From an uncultured delta proteobacterium (GTDB lineage Bacteria > Myxococcota_A > Polyangia > Palsa-1104): a stretch of DNA of 64,000 nucleotides. Under the pieces are notes generated by a model that had not been told where the DNA came from, searched no databases, and was given only the letters and a program-made list of their open reading frames with translations. This document shows, in pieces, positions 31,394 to 42,240 of this stretch (position 1 is its first letter; each line of letters begins with the position of its first letter). A program made the translations under genes and the position numbers. The DNA lies in the NCBI GenBank assembly GCA_963785725.1, contig CAWAWS010000037.1:1-64000 (forward strand). Direction: 5' to 3'.

Positions 31394-31433
31394 CGGCCCA
31401 GCGATGGTATACCCGCGGGAAATCAAGGAACCG

Positions 31434-32207
31434 ATGTCGCGTCATTATCGCCGCCTCAGCGTCATCATCCCGGCCTACAACGAGACGCGCACGATCGATC
31501 GCATCTTGAAGGCGGTCAAACAGATCGATCTGACGCCGCTCGGGCTCGAGCGTGAGATCGTCGTCGTCGATGACGGCTCCGTCGACGACACGGCGGAGAT
31601 CATTCGGCGCACGCATCCCGACGTCGTGCTCATCTCGCACTTCGTCAACCAAGGCAAAGGCAACGCGATTCGCACGGCGCTGCAGCGCGCCACCGGCGAC
31701 ATCGTGCTCATCCAAGACGCCGACTTGGAATACGATCCCAACGACTACCCGGCGCTCTTGCAGCCCATCGTCGACGGGCAAGCCAAGGTCGTGTTCGGCT
31801 CGCGCTTCTTGGATCGGGCCTATCCGCGGCGCATGCACCTGTCGAACTTCGTCGCCAATCGCATGCTGACGATGCTGAGCAACGTGCTCTACGGCATGCA
31901 CATCACCGACGAAGCCACCTGCTACAAAGTGTTCGACGGCGATCTGCTGCGCGGTCTGCGCCTGCGCTGCCAAGAGTTCGAATTCTGTCCCGAGGTGATC
32001 GCGCTCCTCGGCCGGCAGAAGATTCCGGTCGTCGAAGTGCCGGTTCGCTACGTCGCGCGCACGAACGAGGAGGGCAAGAAGATCGGCTGGCTCGACGGCG
32101 TGCAAGCGGTGCGGACGCTGGTCGGCTATCGCTGGAAGCGGCTGCCCAAGCGCGATCGCTCGTTGGCGTCGCGCGCGCGGCCCGACGCGGCCAACTCGGC
32201 GGAGTGA
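31434..32207 (+). CDS. GT2, DPM1-like
   Basis: SVIIPAYNE, NQGKG, QDADLEYDP, DEATCYK. Confidence 0.9.
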   Translation: MSRHYRRLSVIIPAYNETRTIDRILKAVKQIDLTPLGLEREIVVVDDGSVDDTAEIIRRTHPDVVLISHFVNQGKGNAIRTALQRATGDIVLIQDADLEYDPNDYPALLQPIVDGQAKVVFGSRFLDRAYPRRMHLSNFVANRMLTMLSNVLYGMHITDEATCYKVFDGDLLRGLRLRCQEFEFCPEVIALLGRQKIPVVEVPVRYVARTNEEGKKIGWLDGVQAVRTLVGYRWKRLPKRDRSLASRARPDAANSAE

Positions 32208-32241
32208 CTTTCCCGGCCGTTTGAGCTAGCGTCTCTGGCGC

Positions 32242-33015
32242 TTGTCTACCGTCGCTGTCGTGCAAGCTCGGCTGGGATCTTCGCGGTTGCCGGGCAAAGT
32301 GCTGTTGCCGCTCGCCGGCAAGCCGATGTTGTGGCACATCGTCGACCGCCTGCGGCGCGCGCCCGGCGTCGCCACCGTCGGCGTCGCCACGTCGGATCTG
32401 CCCGGCGACGAGCCGCTGCGCCAATTCTGCCGCGACGAAGGCATCCCCGTCTTCGCCGGTGACGAACGCGACGTGCTCGACCGCTTCTACCGCGCCGCGC
32501 GCCAATTCGGCGGCGATCCCGTCATCCGCGTCACCGCCGACTGCCCGTTCGTCGATCCCGAGATCATCGGCCAGCTCGTCGCGCAGTATCACGCCGGCGC
32601 CTACGATCACTTCGCCGTCGCCACCGGCTCGGTCGCGCACGGCTTCCAAGGCGCGCGCTTTCCCGACGGGCTCGACGCCGAATGCATCCGCCTCGACGCG
32701 CTCGAACGGTCGTGGCGCGAAGCGACCGAGCCGAGCGACCGCGAGCACGTGACGCCGTATCTTTATCGCGTCGCCGGCCGCTTCCGCAACGGCATGCTGC
32801 CCGCCGCCGAAGATCACGGCAGCCTGCGCTGGACCGTCGATCACGCCGCCGACTTCGCGCTCGTCGAGCGCGTCTACGCCGCCTTGTGGCGCGCCGACCG
32901 CCCGTTCTCGATGCCCGACATCCTCGACTTCTTCGCCGCGCATCCCGAGCTGCGCGCGCTCAATGACGCCTTCGTCGGTCAAGAAGGCTATCAGCAAGTG
33001 TGGAACCCAAAATGA
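32242..33015 (+). CDS. spsF: SpsF-like cytidylyltransferase
   Basis: QARLGSSRLPGKV, DVLDRF, RVTADCP, REHVTPY, WTVD. Confidence 0.88.
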   Translation: MSTVAVVQARLGSSRLPGKVLLPLAGKPMLWHIVDRLRRAPGVATVGVATSDLPGDEPLRQFCRDEGIPVFAGDERDVLDRFYRAARQFGGDPVIRVTADCPFVDPEIIGQLVAQYHAGAYDHFAVATGSVAHGFQGARFPDGLDAECIRLDALERSWREATEPSDREHVTPYLYRVAGRFRNGMLPAAEDHGSLRWTVDHAADFALVERVYAALWRADRPFSMPDILDFFAAHPELRALNDAFVGQEGYQQVWNPK

Positions 33016-34328
33016 GCCACAAAGGTCCCGAGCTTTATCGTCGCGCCAAGCAGCGCATTCCCGGCGGCACGCAGCTCTTGTCGAAGCGGCCGGAGATGTT
33101 CCTGCCCGAGCGCTGGCCGTCGTATTATCAGAGCGCGCGCGGCATCGAGATCGTCGACCTCGACGGCGACGTCTATCTCGACTTCAGCATCATGGCCATC
33201 GGCGCCTGCATCTTGGGCTACGCCGATCCCGACGTCGACGGCGCGGTCAAGCAGTGCATCGACAACGGCGTGGCGTCGACGCTGAACGCGCCCGAAGAGG
33301 TCGAGCTCGCCGATCTCTTGTGCGAGCTGCATCCGTGGGCCGACATGGTCCGTTACGCGCGCTCGGGCGGCGAGGCGCTGTCCGTCGCCGTGCGCATCGC
33401 GCGGGCGCACAAACGGCGCGGCAAAGTCGCGTTCTCGGGCTATCACGGCTGGACCGATTGGTACTTGGCGGCCAACCTAGGCGAATCGACGGCGCTCGAT
33501 GGTCACCTCTTGCCGGGACTGGATCCGTCGGGTGTGCCGCGGGAGCTGCGCGGCTCGGCGCTGCCGTTTCACTACAACAACCTCGACGAGCTGAAGAAGA
33601 TCGTCGACGCTCACAAAGGCGACTTGGCGGCGATCGTCATGGAGCCGCGGCGCGACGAGCCGCCGGCGCCGGGCTTCCTCGAGGCGGTGCGGCAGATCGC
33701 CAACGACATCGGCGCCGTCCTCATCTTCGACGAAGTGACGACCGGCTTTCGCCAGTGCTTGGGCGGCATCCACTTGACGATGGGCGTCGAGCCCGACCTC
33801 GCCGTCTTCGCCAAGTCGATCTCGAACGGCTACGCCATGTCGGCCGTCATCGGGCGCGCCGCGGTCATGGAGGCCGCGCAGTCGACGTTCATCTCGAGCA
33901 CCAACTGGACCGAGCGCATCGGCCCGACGGCGGCCTTGGCGACGATCAAGAAGCTCCGTCGCGACAACGTCATCGCGCACAACATCGACATCGGGCAGCG
34001 CGTCATCGCCGGCTGGAAGCGGCTCGGCGAGGAGGCGGGGCTGCACCTGCACACGTCGAACCTGCCGACGCTGGCGCACTTCAAGATCGAGCACAAAGAA
34101 GAGCTGGCGCTGACGACGCTGTTCACGCAGGAGATGCTGGCGCGCGGCTTTCTGGCGTGGACGCAGTTCAAAGCGTCGCTGGCGCACAAGCCCGAGCACG
34201 TCGAGGATTACTTGGCGGCGGCGCGCGAGGTGTTCGCGATCATGAAGGACGCGCTGGCCAAAGGCGACCTGCATAGCCGGCTGCAAGGTCCGCTGCAGCG
34301 GCGCGGCTTCTATCGTCTGACGTCGTGA
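33012..34328 (+). CDS. Class III PLP aminotransferase (glutamate-1-semialdehyde aminomutase-like)
   Basis: IPGGTQLLSKR, GYHGW, IFDEVTTGFR, FAKSISNG. Confidence 0.9.
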   Translation: MSHKGPELYRRAKQRIPGGTQLLSKRPEMFLPERWPSYYQSARGIEIVDLDGDVYLDFSIMAIGACILGYADPDVDGAVKQCIDNGVASTLNAPEEVELADLLCELHPWADMVRYARSGGEALSVAVRIARAHKRRGKVAFSGYHGWTDWYLAANLGESTALDGHLLPGLDPSGVPRELRGSALPFHYNNLDELKKIVDAHKGDLAAIVMEPRRDEPPAPGFLEAVRQIANDIGAVLIFDEVTTGFRQCLGGIHLTMGVEPDLAVFAKSISNGYAMSAVIGRAAVMEAAQSTFISSTNWTERIGPTAALATIKKLRRDNVIAHNIDIGQRVIAGWKRLGEEAGLHLHTSNLPTLAHFKIEHKEELALTTLFTQEMLARGFLAWTQFKASLAHKPEHVEDYLAAAREVFAIMKDALAKGDLHSRLQGPLQRRGFYRLTS

Positions 34329-35272
34329 CGCAGACGCGCACGCTCGGGCGCACCGGCCTGGCCGTGTCCGCCATCGGCTTCGGCACGGTGTCGCTCGGCC
34401 TCGACTACGGCATCGCGGCGCCGGCGCGCTTCGGCCGGCCCGACGACGCCGACGCCGTCGCCACCTTGCGCCGTGCCGCCGACGCCGGCGTCACGCTCTT
34501 CGACACGGCGCCCGCGTACGGCGACGCCGAGCGGCTCCTCGGCGACGCCGTGGGCGCGCGCGGCGAGTGCGTGCTGGCGACGAAGGTGACGGTACCGCGC
34601 GGTACCAACGGCCAGCCGCTGCGCGGCCGGCTGCTCGCCGAATCCCTACAGGCGCAGCTGACTCACAGCCGCCTCGCGCTCCGTCGCGATCCGCTCGACG
34701 TCGTGCAGATTCACAACGCCACCGTCGAGCTCATCGAAGACGGCGAGCTCTTGGAGCTGCTGGAGATGGCGCGCCGGCGCGGGCAGCTGCGCTTCATCGG
34801 CGCCTCGGTCTATCGCGAAGCGGAGGCGTTGGCGGCGATCGCCAGCGGTCGCATCGACGTACTGCAGGTCGCGTACAGCCTGCTCGATCAGCGCATGGCG
34901 GCGCGCGTGTTCGCGGCGGCGCAGGCGGCGAACGTCGGCATGCTGGCGCGCTCGGCGTTCCTGAAGGGCGCGCTGACGGACAAGGCGCAGTTCTTACCGC
35001 CGGCGCTGGCGCCGCTGCGCGACGCGGCCGATCGCGCGCGCGTGGCGCTCGGCGTCGATTGGCGCGGCCTGCCGGAGCTGGCGCTGCGCTTTTGCCTGTC
35101 GGCGCCGGCGATCGCGACGGTGCTCTTCGGCGCGCGCACGACCGACGAGCTCGACGCGGCGTTGGCGGCGGCGGCGGCCGGTCCGCTCGCCGCCGAGCAG
35201 CTGCAGCAGACGCCGCCATTGGCGCTGACCGACGAACGGCTGCTCGACCCGTCGCAGTGGCCGGCGCTCTAA
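34325..35272 (+). CDS. Aldo/keto reductase
   Basis: IGFGT, FDTAPAYG, ATK, QIH, IGASVY. Confidence 0.9.
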   Translation: MTQTRTLGRTGLAVSAIGFGTVSLGLDYGIAAPARFGRPDDADAVATLRRAADAGVTLFDTAPAYGDAERLLGDAVGARGECVLATKVTVPRGTNGQPLRGRLLAESLQAQLTHSRLALRRDPLDVVQIHNATVELIEDGELLELLEMARRRGQLRFIGASVYREAEALAAIASGRIDVLQVAYSLLDQRMAARVFAAAQAANVGMLARSAFLKGALTDKAQFLPPALAPLRDAADRARVALGVDWRGLPELALRFCLSAPAIATVLFGARTTDELDAALAAAAAGPLAAEQLQQTPPLALTDERLLDPSQWPAL

Positions 35273-35298
35273 CATTCGCGGTTATGCTAGGGATTCAC

Positions 35299-35862
35299 AT
35301 GTACACGCTGCGGCCGTTGAACGCGCTCGATCTGCCGATGATTCTCGCGTGGCGCAATCGGCCCGAGGTACGCCAGCTCATGTACACGCAGCATGTCATC
35401 CAGCCGGCCGAGCACGCGGCCTGGTTTGCGCGTCTCGAACATGACGCGACCAAGCGCTATTTCGTCTGCTCGCGGGATGGCGAGCCGGTGGGCGTCGTCG
35501 GCTTTTACGGCATGAACGGCGGCAACGGCACGGCCGAGTGGGGCTTTTACAGCTGCGATCCGAGCCGTCGCGGTTTGGGCGCGCCGATGGCTCACTTGGC
35601 GCTGCAGGAGGCGTTCGGCGCGCTCGGCATACGCAAAGTGTCGGCCGAAGTGCTCGATCTCAACCCGCGCGGCCTGGCGTTTCATCGGCGGCTCGGCTTC
35701 GTCGACGAAGGCGTGCGCCGGCAGCATGTCGCGATCGATGGGCGTTATCACGACGTGCACCTGTTGGCGCTGTTCGCGGACGACTGGCGCAACGGGCTCG
35801 CCGAGCGGCTGCGGCGACGCCTCGACGACAAGCGACTCGGCAAAGGGAGCGACGAAGCATGA
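35299..35862 (+). CDS. pseH: UDP-4-amino-4,6-dideoxy-AltNAc N-acetyltransferase (GNAT)
   Basis: WRNRPEVRQLMY, EHAAWF, AEWGFY; directly upstream of pseI. Confidence 0.8.
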   Translation: MYTLRPLNALDLPMILAWRNRPEVRQLMYTQHVIQPAEHAAWFARLEHDATKRYFVCSRDGEPVGVVGFYGMNGGNGTAEWGFYSCDPSRRGLGAPMAHLALQEAFGALGIRKVSAEVLDLNPRGLAFHRRLGFVDEGVRRQHVAIDGRYHDVHLLALFADDWRNGLAERLRRRLDDKRLGKGSDEA

Positions 35863-36923
35863 CGGTGCGGCTCGATCCGGTGAACCTCGGCGGAACCTTG
35901 GTGGGACAAGGCTTACGGCCCTACGTCGTCGCCGAGATGTCGGGCAATCACAATCATTCGCTCGAGCGCGCCTTCGAGATCGTCGACGCCGCCGCCGCGG
36001 CCGGCGCGCACGCCATCAAGCTGCAGACGTACACCGCCGACAGCTTGACCATCGACAGCGACGGCGCCGACTTCCTCATCGACGATCCCAAGTCGCTGTG
36101 GAAGAACCGGCGGCTCTATCAGCTTTATCAAGAGGCGTGCACGCCCTACGAGTGGCACGCGCCGATCTTCGCGCGCTGCGCCGAGCGCGGCATGGCCTGT
36201 TTCTCGACGCCGTTCGATGCCGACGCGGTCGACTTCTTGGAGCGGCTGAACGCGCCGGCGTACAAGGTGGCGTCGTTCGAGAACATCGATCACGCGCTCC
36301 TGCGCAAGGTGGCGGCGACGGGAAAGCCGGTCATCATGTCGACGGGCATGGCGTCCATCGCCGAGCTGGCCGAGTCGGTGAGCGTGCTGCGCGCGGCCGG
36401 CTGCAAGCAGCTCATCCTGCTCAAGTGCACGAGCAATTATCCGGCGGCGCCGACCGACAGCAACCTGACGACGATTCCGCATATGCAGGCGCTGTTCGCG
36501 TGTCACGTCGGGCTATCCGATCACACGATGGGCGTCGGCGCGGCGGTGGCGGCGACGGCGTTGGGCGCGGCGTTCGTCGAGAAGCACTTCACGCTCAGGC
36601 GCGCCGATGGCGGCGTCGACTCGGCGTTCTCGCTCGAGCCGGCGGAGCTGGCGCAGCTCGTGGTCGAGACCGAGCGCGCGTGGCAAGCGATGGGGCAGGT
36701 GACGTACGGGCCGTCGCAGGCCGAGCGCAGCTCGCTGAAGTTCCGCCGCTCGCTCTATGTCGTCGCCGATGTGGCCGCGGGCGAGCCGTTCACGAGCGCC
36801 AACGTGCGCAGCATTCGTCCCGGCTTCGGGCTGCCGCCGAAGGAGCTGACGCTCGTGCTCGGCCGCAAAGCCGCGCGCGACCTCACGCGCGGCACGGCGT
36901 TGCGCTGGGAGCACCTCGGCTGA
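35859..36923 (+). CDS. pseI: Pseudaminic acid synthase
   Basis: AEMSGNHN, KLQTYTAD, KVASFE, GLSDHT, EKHF, DSAFSL, SAF domain. Confidence 0.93.
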   Translation: MTVRLDPVNLGGTLVGQGLRPYVVAEMSGNHNHSLERAFEIVDAAAAAGAHAIKLQTYTADSLTIDSDGADFLIDDPKSLWKNRRLYQLYQEACTPYEWHAPIFARCAERGMACFSTPFDADAVDFLERLNAPAYKVASFENIDHALLRKVAATGKPVIMSTGMASIAELAESVSVLRAAGCKQLILLKCTSNYPAAPTDSNLTTIPHMQALFACHVGLSDHTMGVGAAVAATALGAAFVEKHFTLRRADGGVDSAFSLEPAELAQLVVETERAWQAMGQVTYGPSQAERSSLKFRRSLYVVADVAAGEPFTSANVRSIRPGFGLPPKELTLVLGRKAARDLTRGTALRWEHLG

Positions 36924-36962
36924 ATCGTTCGAGACGTAGGCGAGACGAGACGTTCGCGAAGA

Positions 36963-37922
36963 CTAGCGACGGCGGGGGAGGGCGAGCAGCTCTTCGGCGA
37001 CGCGCGAGACGCCCTGTCCGTCGACGAGGCGCTGGCCGGCGTCGGTGAGCGACTGGCGACGGCCGCGGTCGGCGGCCAGCTGCGCCAGCGCGTCGCCGAG
37101 CCCGGCGGCGTCGGTGGCGATGAGCGTCGGCACCGCCGCGAGCGCGTCCAGGCTGCGCCGCTGATTCTCCGCCAAGCACAGCGCCAGCGACGGCAGCCCG
37201 ACCGCGGCCAGCTCGTAGCTCGTCTGCCCGCCGCCGCTGACCGCCAGATCGGCGACCTTCATGAGCGGCGCCAGATCGGACGGCGCGCGATGCAGCGTGA
37301 CCTTGCTGTCGTCGCCGAGCGCGTCGATGGCGGCGCCGTCGGCGAACAGCGGGCCGACGACGACGTCGACGGCGACTTCGGGCAGCACGCGGCGCACCGT
37401 CGCGACGACGGCCGGCGTCAGCGCGCCCGGGTCGGCGCCGCCCAACGTCACCAGCACGCGGCGCACATCGGGCGTCGTCTGTCGCGGCGGCAGCTTGCGG
37501 AAGCTGCGCCGCAAGAGCGCATAACGCGGCCCCAACAACAGGCGCGCATCGTCATGATAGGGCAGCTCGTCGGCGTCGACGGCGCTGTTGAGCACGAGAT
37601 CGACGTCGGTCGGTCGATTGGCCAGGTCGTCGATGAGCGCCAACGCCGCGACGCGCGGGCGCAGCGCGCTCAGCCACGGCCCGTCGATGCCGTAGTCGTC
37701 GACGACGACGATGATCTGGCGATCGGCGCTGGCCAGCGCCTCGTCGGCGGGCTCGGCCGTGTGGCCGGCGGCGGCGACGGCCTCGAAGCCACGCGCGTCG
37801 CCGGCGAGCCAGAACGTGGGCGTATGCCCCGTGGCCTTCAGCTCGTCGGCGAGCGTCAGACAGCGGCGGAGATGGCCGAAGCCGACCGCGGGACCGGAAG
37901 TAGTTCGTAATGCGAACTTCAT
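36963..37922 (-). CDS. pseG: UDP-2,4-diacetamido-trideoxy-altrose hydrolase (PseG/SpsG)
   Basis: GFGHLRRCLTLA, DDY, IDD, GPRYALLR, GGAD, AENQ. Confidence 0.85.
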   Translation of the reverse strand: MKFALRTTSGPAVGFGHLRRCLTLADELKATGHTPTFWLAGDARGFEAVAAAGHTAEPADEALASADRQIIVVVDDYGIDGPWLSALRPRVAALALIDDLANRPTDVDLVLNSAVDADELPYHDDARLLLGPRYALLRRSFRKLPPRQTTPDVRRVLVTLGGADPGALTPAVVATVRRVLPEVAVDVVVGPLFADGAAIDALGDDSKVTLHRAPSDLAPLMKVADLAVSGGGQTSYELAAVGLPSLALCLAENQRRSLDALAAVPTLIATDAAGLGDALAQLAADRGRRQSLTDAGQRLVDGQGVSRVAEELLALPRRR

Positions 37923-37923
37923 A

Positions 37924-39059
37924 CTAGCTCCGTCCTAACGCCGCGTGCACCGCGACGATGACGCGCTCGACATCGGCGTCGCTCATGGCCGGGTAGAGCG
38001 GCAAGCTCACGAGCTCGTCCGCTGCGCGCGCCGCCACCGGCGTTTCCACCGGCTTGTGGCCGAGCGCGCGATAGAGCGGCATATCGTTGACGGCCACATA
38101 ATGCACTTGCGGCAAAATACCTTGCTCCTGCAGAGCGGCGAAGAAGCGCGCCCGCTCGTTGACGCGCACGGCAAACAGGTGCCAAGTCGGCTCGGCGCCC
38201 GGCTGCTGCGATTGTAGCCGCAAGCGCGGCTCCTGCGCGAAGGCCGCGCGATAACGTTCGACGATGGCGCGACGACGCGCCGAAAAGCGGTCCAGTTTGC
38301 GCAGCTGGCTGCGGCCGAGCGCGCATTGCAGCGCCGTCAGCCGATAGTTGAACCCGAGCGACTGCACTTCGTAATACCACGGCCCGTCGTTGCGAACGAG
38401 ACGGGCGGCGTCGCGCACCATGCCATGGTTACGGAAGTCGCGCGCCCGCTCGGCCAAGGTCGCGTCGTCGGTGAGGACGGCGCCGCCTTCGCCGGTCGTG
38501 ATCGTCTTGACCGGGTGGAACGAGAACGTCGTCAGATGCGCCAGCGAGCCGACCGGGCGACCGAAGAGCTTGCCGCCGATCGAATGCGAGGCGTCGGCGA
38601 TGACGGTCAAACCCTTGGCGCGCGCCAACGCCATGAGCTCGTCGTGTGCCGCCGGATGGCCCGCGAAATCCACCGGCACCAACGCTTTGGTGCGCGGCGT
38701 GATCGCCTTGGCGGCTTCGGTCGGATCGAGGCACAGCGTGCCTTCGTCGACGTCGGCGAAGACGGGCTTGCCGCCGAGCGCCAGCACCATGTTGGCGGTG
38801 GCGCTGAACGTCAGCGGCGACGTCACGACCTCGTCGCCGGCGCCGACGCCGGCCGCCGCGTACGCGCAATGCAGCGCGGCCGTGCCGTTGGCGACGACGA
38901 CGGCGTGGCGCGCGCCGCACGCCGCCGCCAGCTCGGCCTCGAACGCGTCCACTTCCGGCCCGGTCGTCAAATAGTCGCTGCGCAGGACGCGCACGACCTC
39001 GGCGATGTCGTCGTCCTCGACGAGCTGCCGGCCGTACGGAAGCGGGTGCGCCGGCGTCG

Positions 39060-39063
<4 letters not shown>
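37924..39063 (-). CDS. pseC: UDP-4-amino-4,6-dideoxy-AltNAc transaminase
   Basis: LPYGRQ, LTTGP, FSFHPVKTITTGEGG, GFNYR, QVHY. Confidence 0.92.
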
Positions 39064-40197
<1,134 letters not shown>

Positions 40198-40210
40198 TCA
40201 CGTTCGCGGC

Positions 40211-41083
40211 ATGACCGTGGCGCCCGTCGCTCTGGTGACCGGCGCCGCCGGCTTCATCGGCGCGCACGTGCAGCGCGGCCTTACGCGCGCCGGCTGGCAG
40301 GCGCTCGCCGCCGGCCGCGGCACGGCGCTCCCGCAAATCAACGCCGCAGCCTTGGCCGCGCTGCCCGAGCTGCAGCTCGTCGTCCACTGCGCCGGCGGCA
40401 GCTCTGTGGCGCGCTCGGTGACGGCGCCGCTCGACGACTTCACCGACAGCGTGCCGCCGCTGGCGCAGCTGTTCGAGCACGTGCGCACGCGCGCGCCGGC
40501 CGCCAAAGTCGTGCTCCTGTCGAGCGCGGCCGTCTACGGCGACGCGCGCACGTTCCCCATCGCCGAGACGAGCCCGCTCGAGCCGATTTCGCCCTACGGC
40601 TGTCACAAGCTCATGTGCGAGCAGCTGTGCGCCTCGTACGGTCACAATTACGGGATCTCCTCGGCCATCCTGCGCTTCTTCTCGGTTTACGGCCCCGGTC
40701 TGCGCAAGCAGCTCTTGTGGGACGCCTGCCAAAAGGCACAGCGCGGTGAGCGCCTCTTCTCCGGCAGTGGCCAGGAGGTGCGCGACTGGCTGCACATCGA
40801 CGACGCCGTCGCGCTCGTCCTCGCCGTCGCCGCCGGCGCCGCGCCCAGCGTGCCCGTCGTCAACGGCGGCACCGGCGTCGCCACGCCCGTCGCCGCCGTC
40901 GTCACGCAGCTGTTCGCCGCGCTCGACGCCGGCGCGCCCGCGTTCGCCGGCGGCGGCCGCGTCGGCGACCCGGCGCGCTACATCGCCGACATCACGACGG
41001 CCCGCGCGCTCGGCTGGTCGCCGTCGGTGTCGATCGTCGACGGCGTCGCCGAATACGTCCGCTGGTTCCGCGAGCAGGCATGA
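40211..41083 (+). CDS. NAD-dependent epimerase/dehydratase
   Basis: VTGAAGFIG, SSAAVYG, SPYGCHK, RFFSVYG. Confidence 0.9.
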   Translation: MTVAPVALVTGAAGFIGAHVQRGLTRAGWQALAAGRGTALPQINAAALAALPELQLVVHCAGGSSVARSVTAPLDDFTDSVPPLAQLFEHVRTRAPAAKVVLLSSAAVYGDARTFPIAETSPLEPISPYGCHKLMCEQLCASYGHNYGISSAILRFFSVYGPGLRKQLLWDACQKAQRGERLFSGSGQEVRDWLHIDDAVALVLAVAAGAAPSVPVVNGGTGVATPVAAVVTQLFAALDAGAPAFAGGGRVGDPARYIADITTARALGWSPSVSIVDGVAEYVRWFREQA

Positions 41084-42240
41084 TCCGCGTCGGCTTTCAG
41101 CCCATCGGCGGCGCCGGCTGGCTCGGCGGTCGCAATTACCTGTGGAATCTCCTGTACGGCCTATCGCTGCTCGATGATCGGCACATCGAGCCCGTGCTCA
41201 TGAGCGCGCCCGGCGACGCCAAGGAGCTGCTGCTGCCCGGCGTCGTCCACTTCCCACGCGCCGGCCGGCTGGCGTCGCCGTGGGCGCGCCGCGCCGGCAC
41301 GGCGACGATGCGCCTCTTCGGCCGCGACCTCGTGCAGGACCGCTGGCTGCGCCGGGCGCGCGTCGACGCCTATTCGCACGGTCCGCCGCTCGGTCGTCGC
41401 ACCGGCGTGCCTTACGTCTTCTGGATCCCCGACGCGCAGCATCGGCGGTTGCCGGCGCTCTTCAGCGCCTTCGAGCGCCGCGAGCGCGACATCGCCTTCG
41501 AGATCGCGCTCGACAGCGCCGCCGCCGTCATCACCAGCAGCGAGGCCGCGCGCGGCGATCTGGTGCGCGCGTACGGCCGCAAAGCCGACCGCGTGCGCGT
41601 CCTGCACTTCGTCTCCAGCCCGCGCGTCGACCTCGCTCAATTGCCGACCAAAGCCGAGCTGACCGCGCGTTTTCAGCTGCGACCGCGCTATTTCCACCTG
41701 CCGAATCAGTTTTGGCCGCACAAGAATCACGCGCTGGTCCTCGACGCGTTGGCGCAGCTGACGACGCGCGCGCCCGACATCACCGTCGTCACCACCGGCG
41801 CCAAGGACGCGCGCAATCCGCAGCACTTCGACGCGCTCATGGCCCAGGCGGCGAAGCTCGGCCTCGGCGATCGCTTCCGCCACTTGGGCCTCGTCTCTTA
41901 CGACGAGCTGATCGCGCTCATGCTGCATTCGGTCGCCGTCTTGAATCCGTCGCTGTTCGAAGGCTGGTCGAGCAGCGTCGAAGAGGCGCGCTCGCTCGGC
42001 AAGCGCGTGCTCCTGTCCGATATCGACACCCATCGCGAGCAGGCGCCGGCGCGCGGTCGATATTTCGCCAGCGACGACGCGGCGGCGCTGGCCGAGCTGC
42101 TCGTCGCCGCCTGGCAGTCGTACGACGAGGCCGCCGAAGTGCGCGCCATCGCCGACGCGGCCGCCGCGCTGCCCGGCCGCGTGCGCGCGTTCGGCCGCGC
42201 CTACCAAGACATCGTCGTCGCCGCGCTCAAGCGGTCATGA
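41080..42240 (+). CDS. GT4 glycosyltransferase
   Basis: WIPDAQH, PNQFWPHKNH, PSLFEGWSSSVEEA. Confidence 0.9.
   Translation: MIRVGFQPIGGAGWLGGRNYLWNLLYGLSLLDDRHIEPVLMSAPGDAKELLLPGVVHFPRAGRLASPWARRAGTATMRLFGRDLVQDRWLRRARVDAYSHGPPLGRRTGVPYVFWIPDAQHRRLPALFSAFERRERDIAFEIALDSAAAVITSSEAARGDLVRAYGRKADRVRVLHFVSSPRVDLAQLPTKAELTARFQLRPRYFHLPNQFWPHKNHALVLDALAQLTTRAPDITVVTTGAKDARNPQHFDALMAQAAKLGLGDRFRHLGLVSYDELIALMLHSVAVLNPSLFEGWSSSVEEARSLGKRVLLSDIDTHREQAPARGRYFASDDAAALAELLVAAWQSYDEAAEVRAIADAAAALPGRVRAFGRAYQDIVVAALKRS

Noticed and set aside
33012..34328. hemL (tetrapyrrole synthesis)
   Set aside because: Coupled to spsF and the AKR in a sugar locus with no hem genes nearby
36927..36962. Short GAGACG repeats between pseI and pseG
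   Set aside because: Three irregular hexamers, too short to support a function
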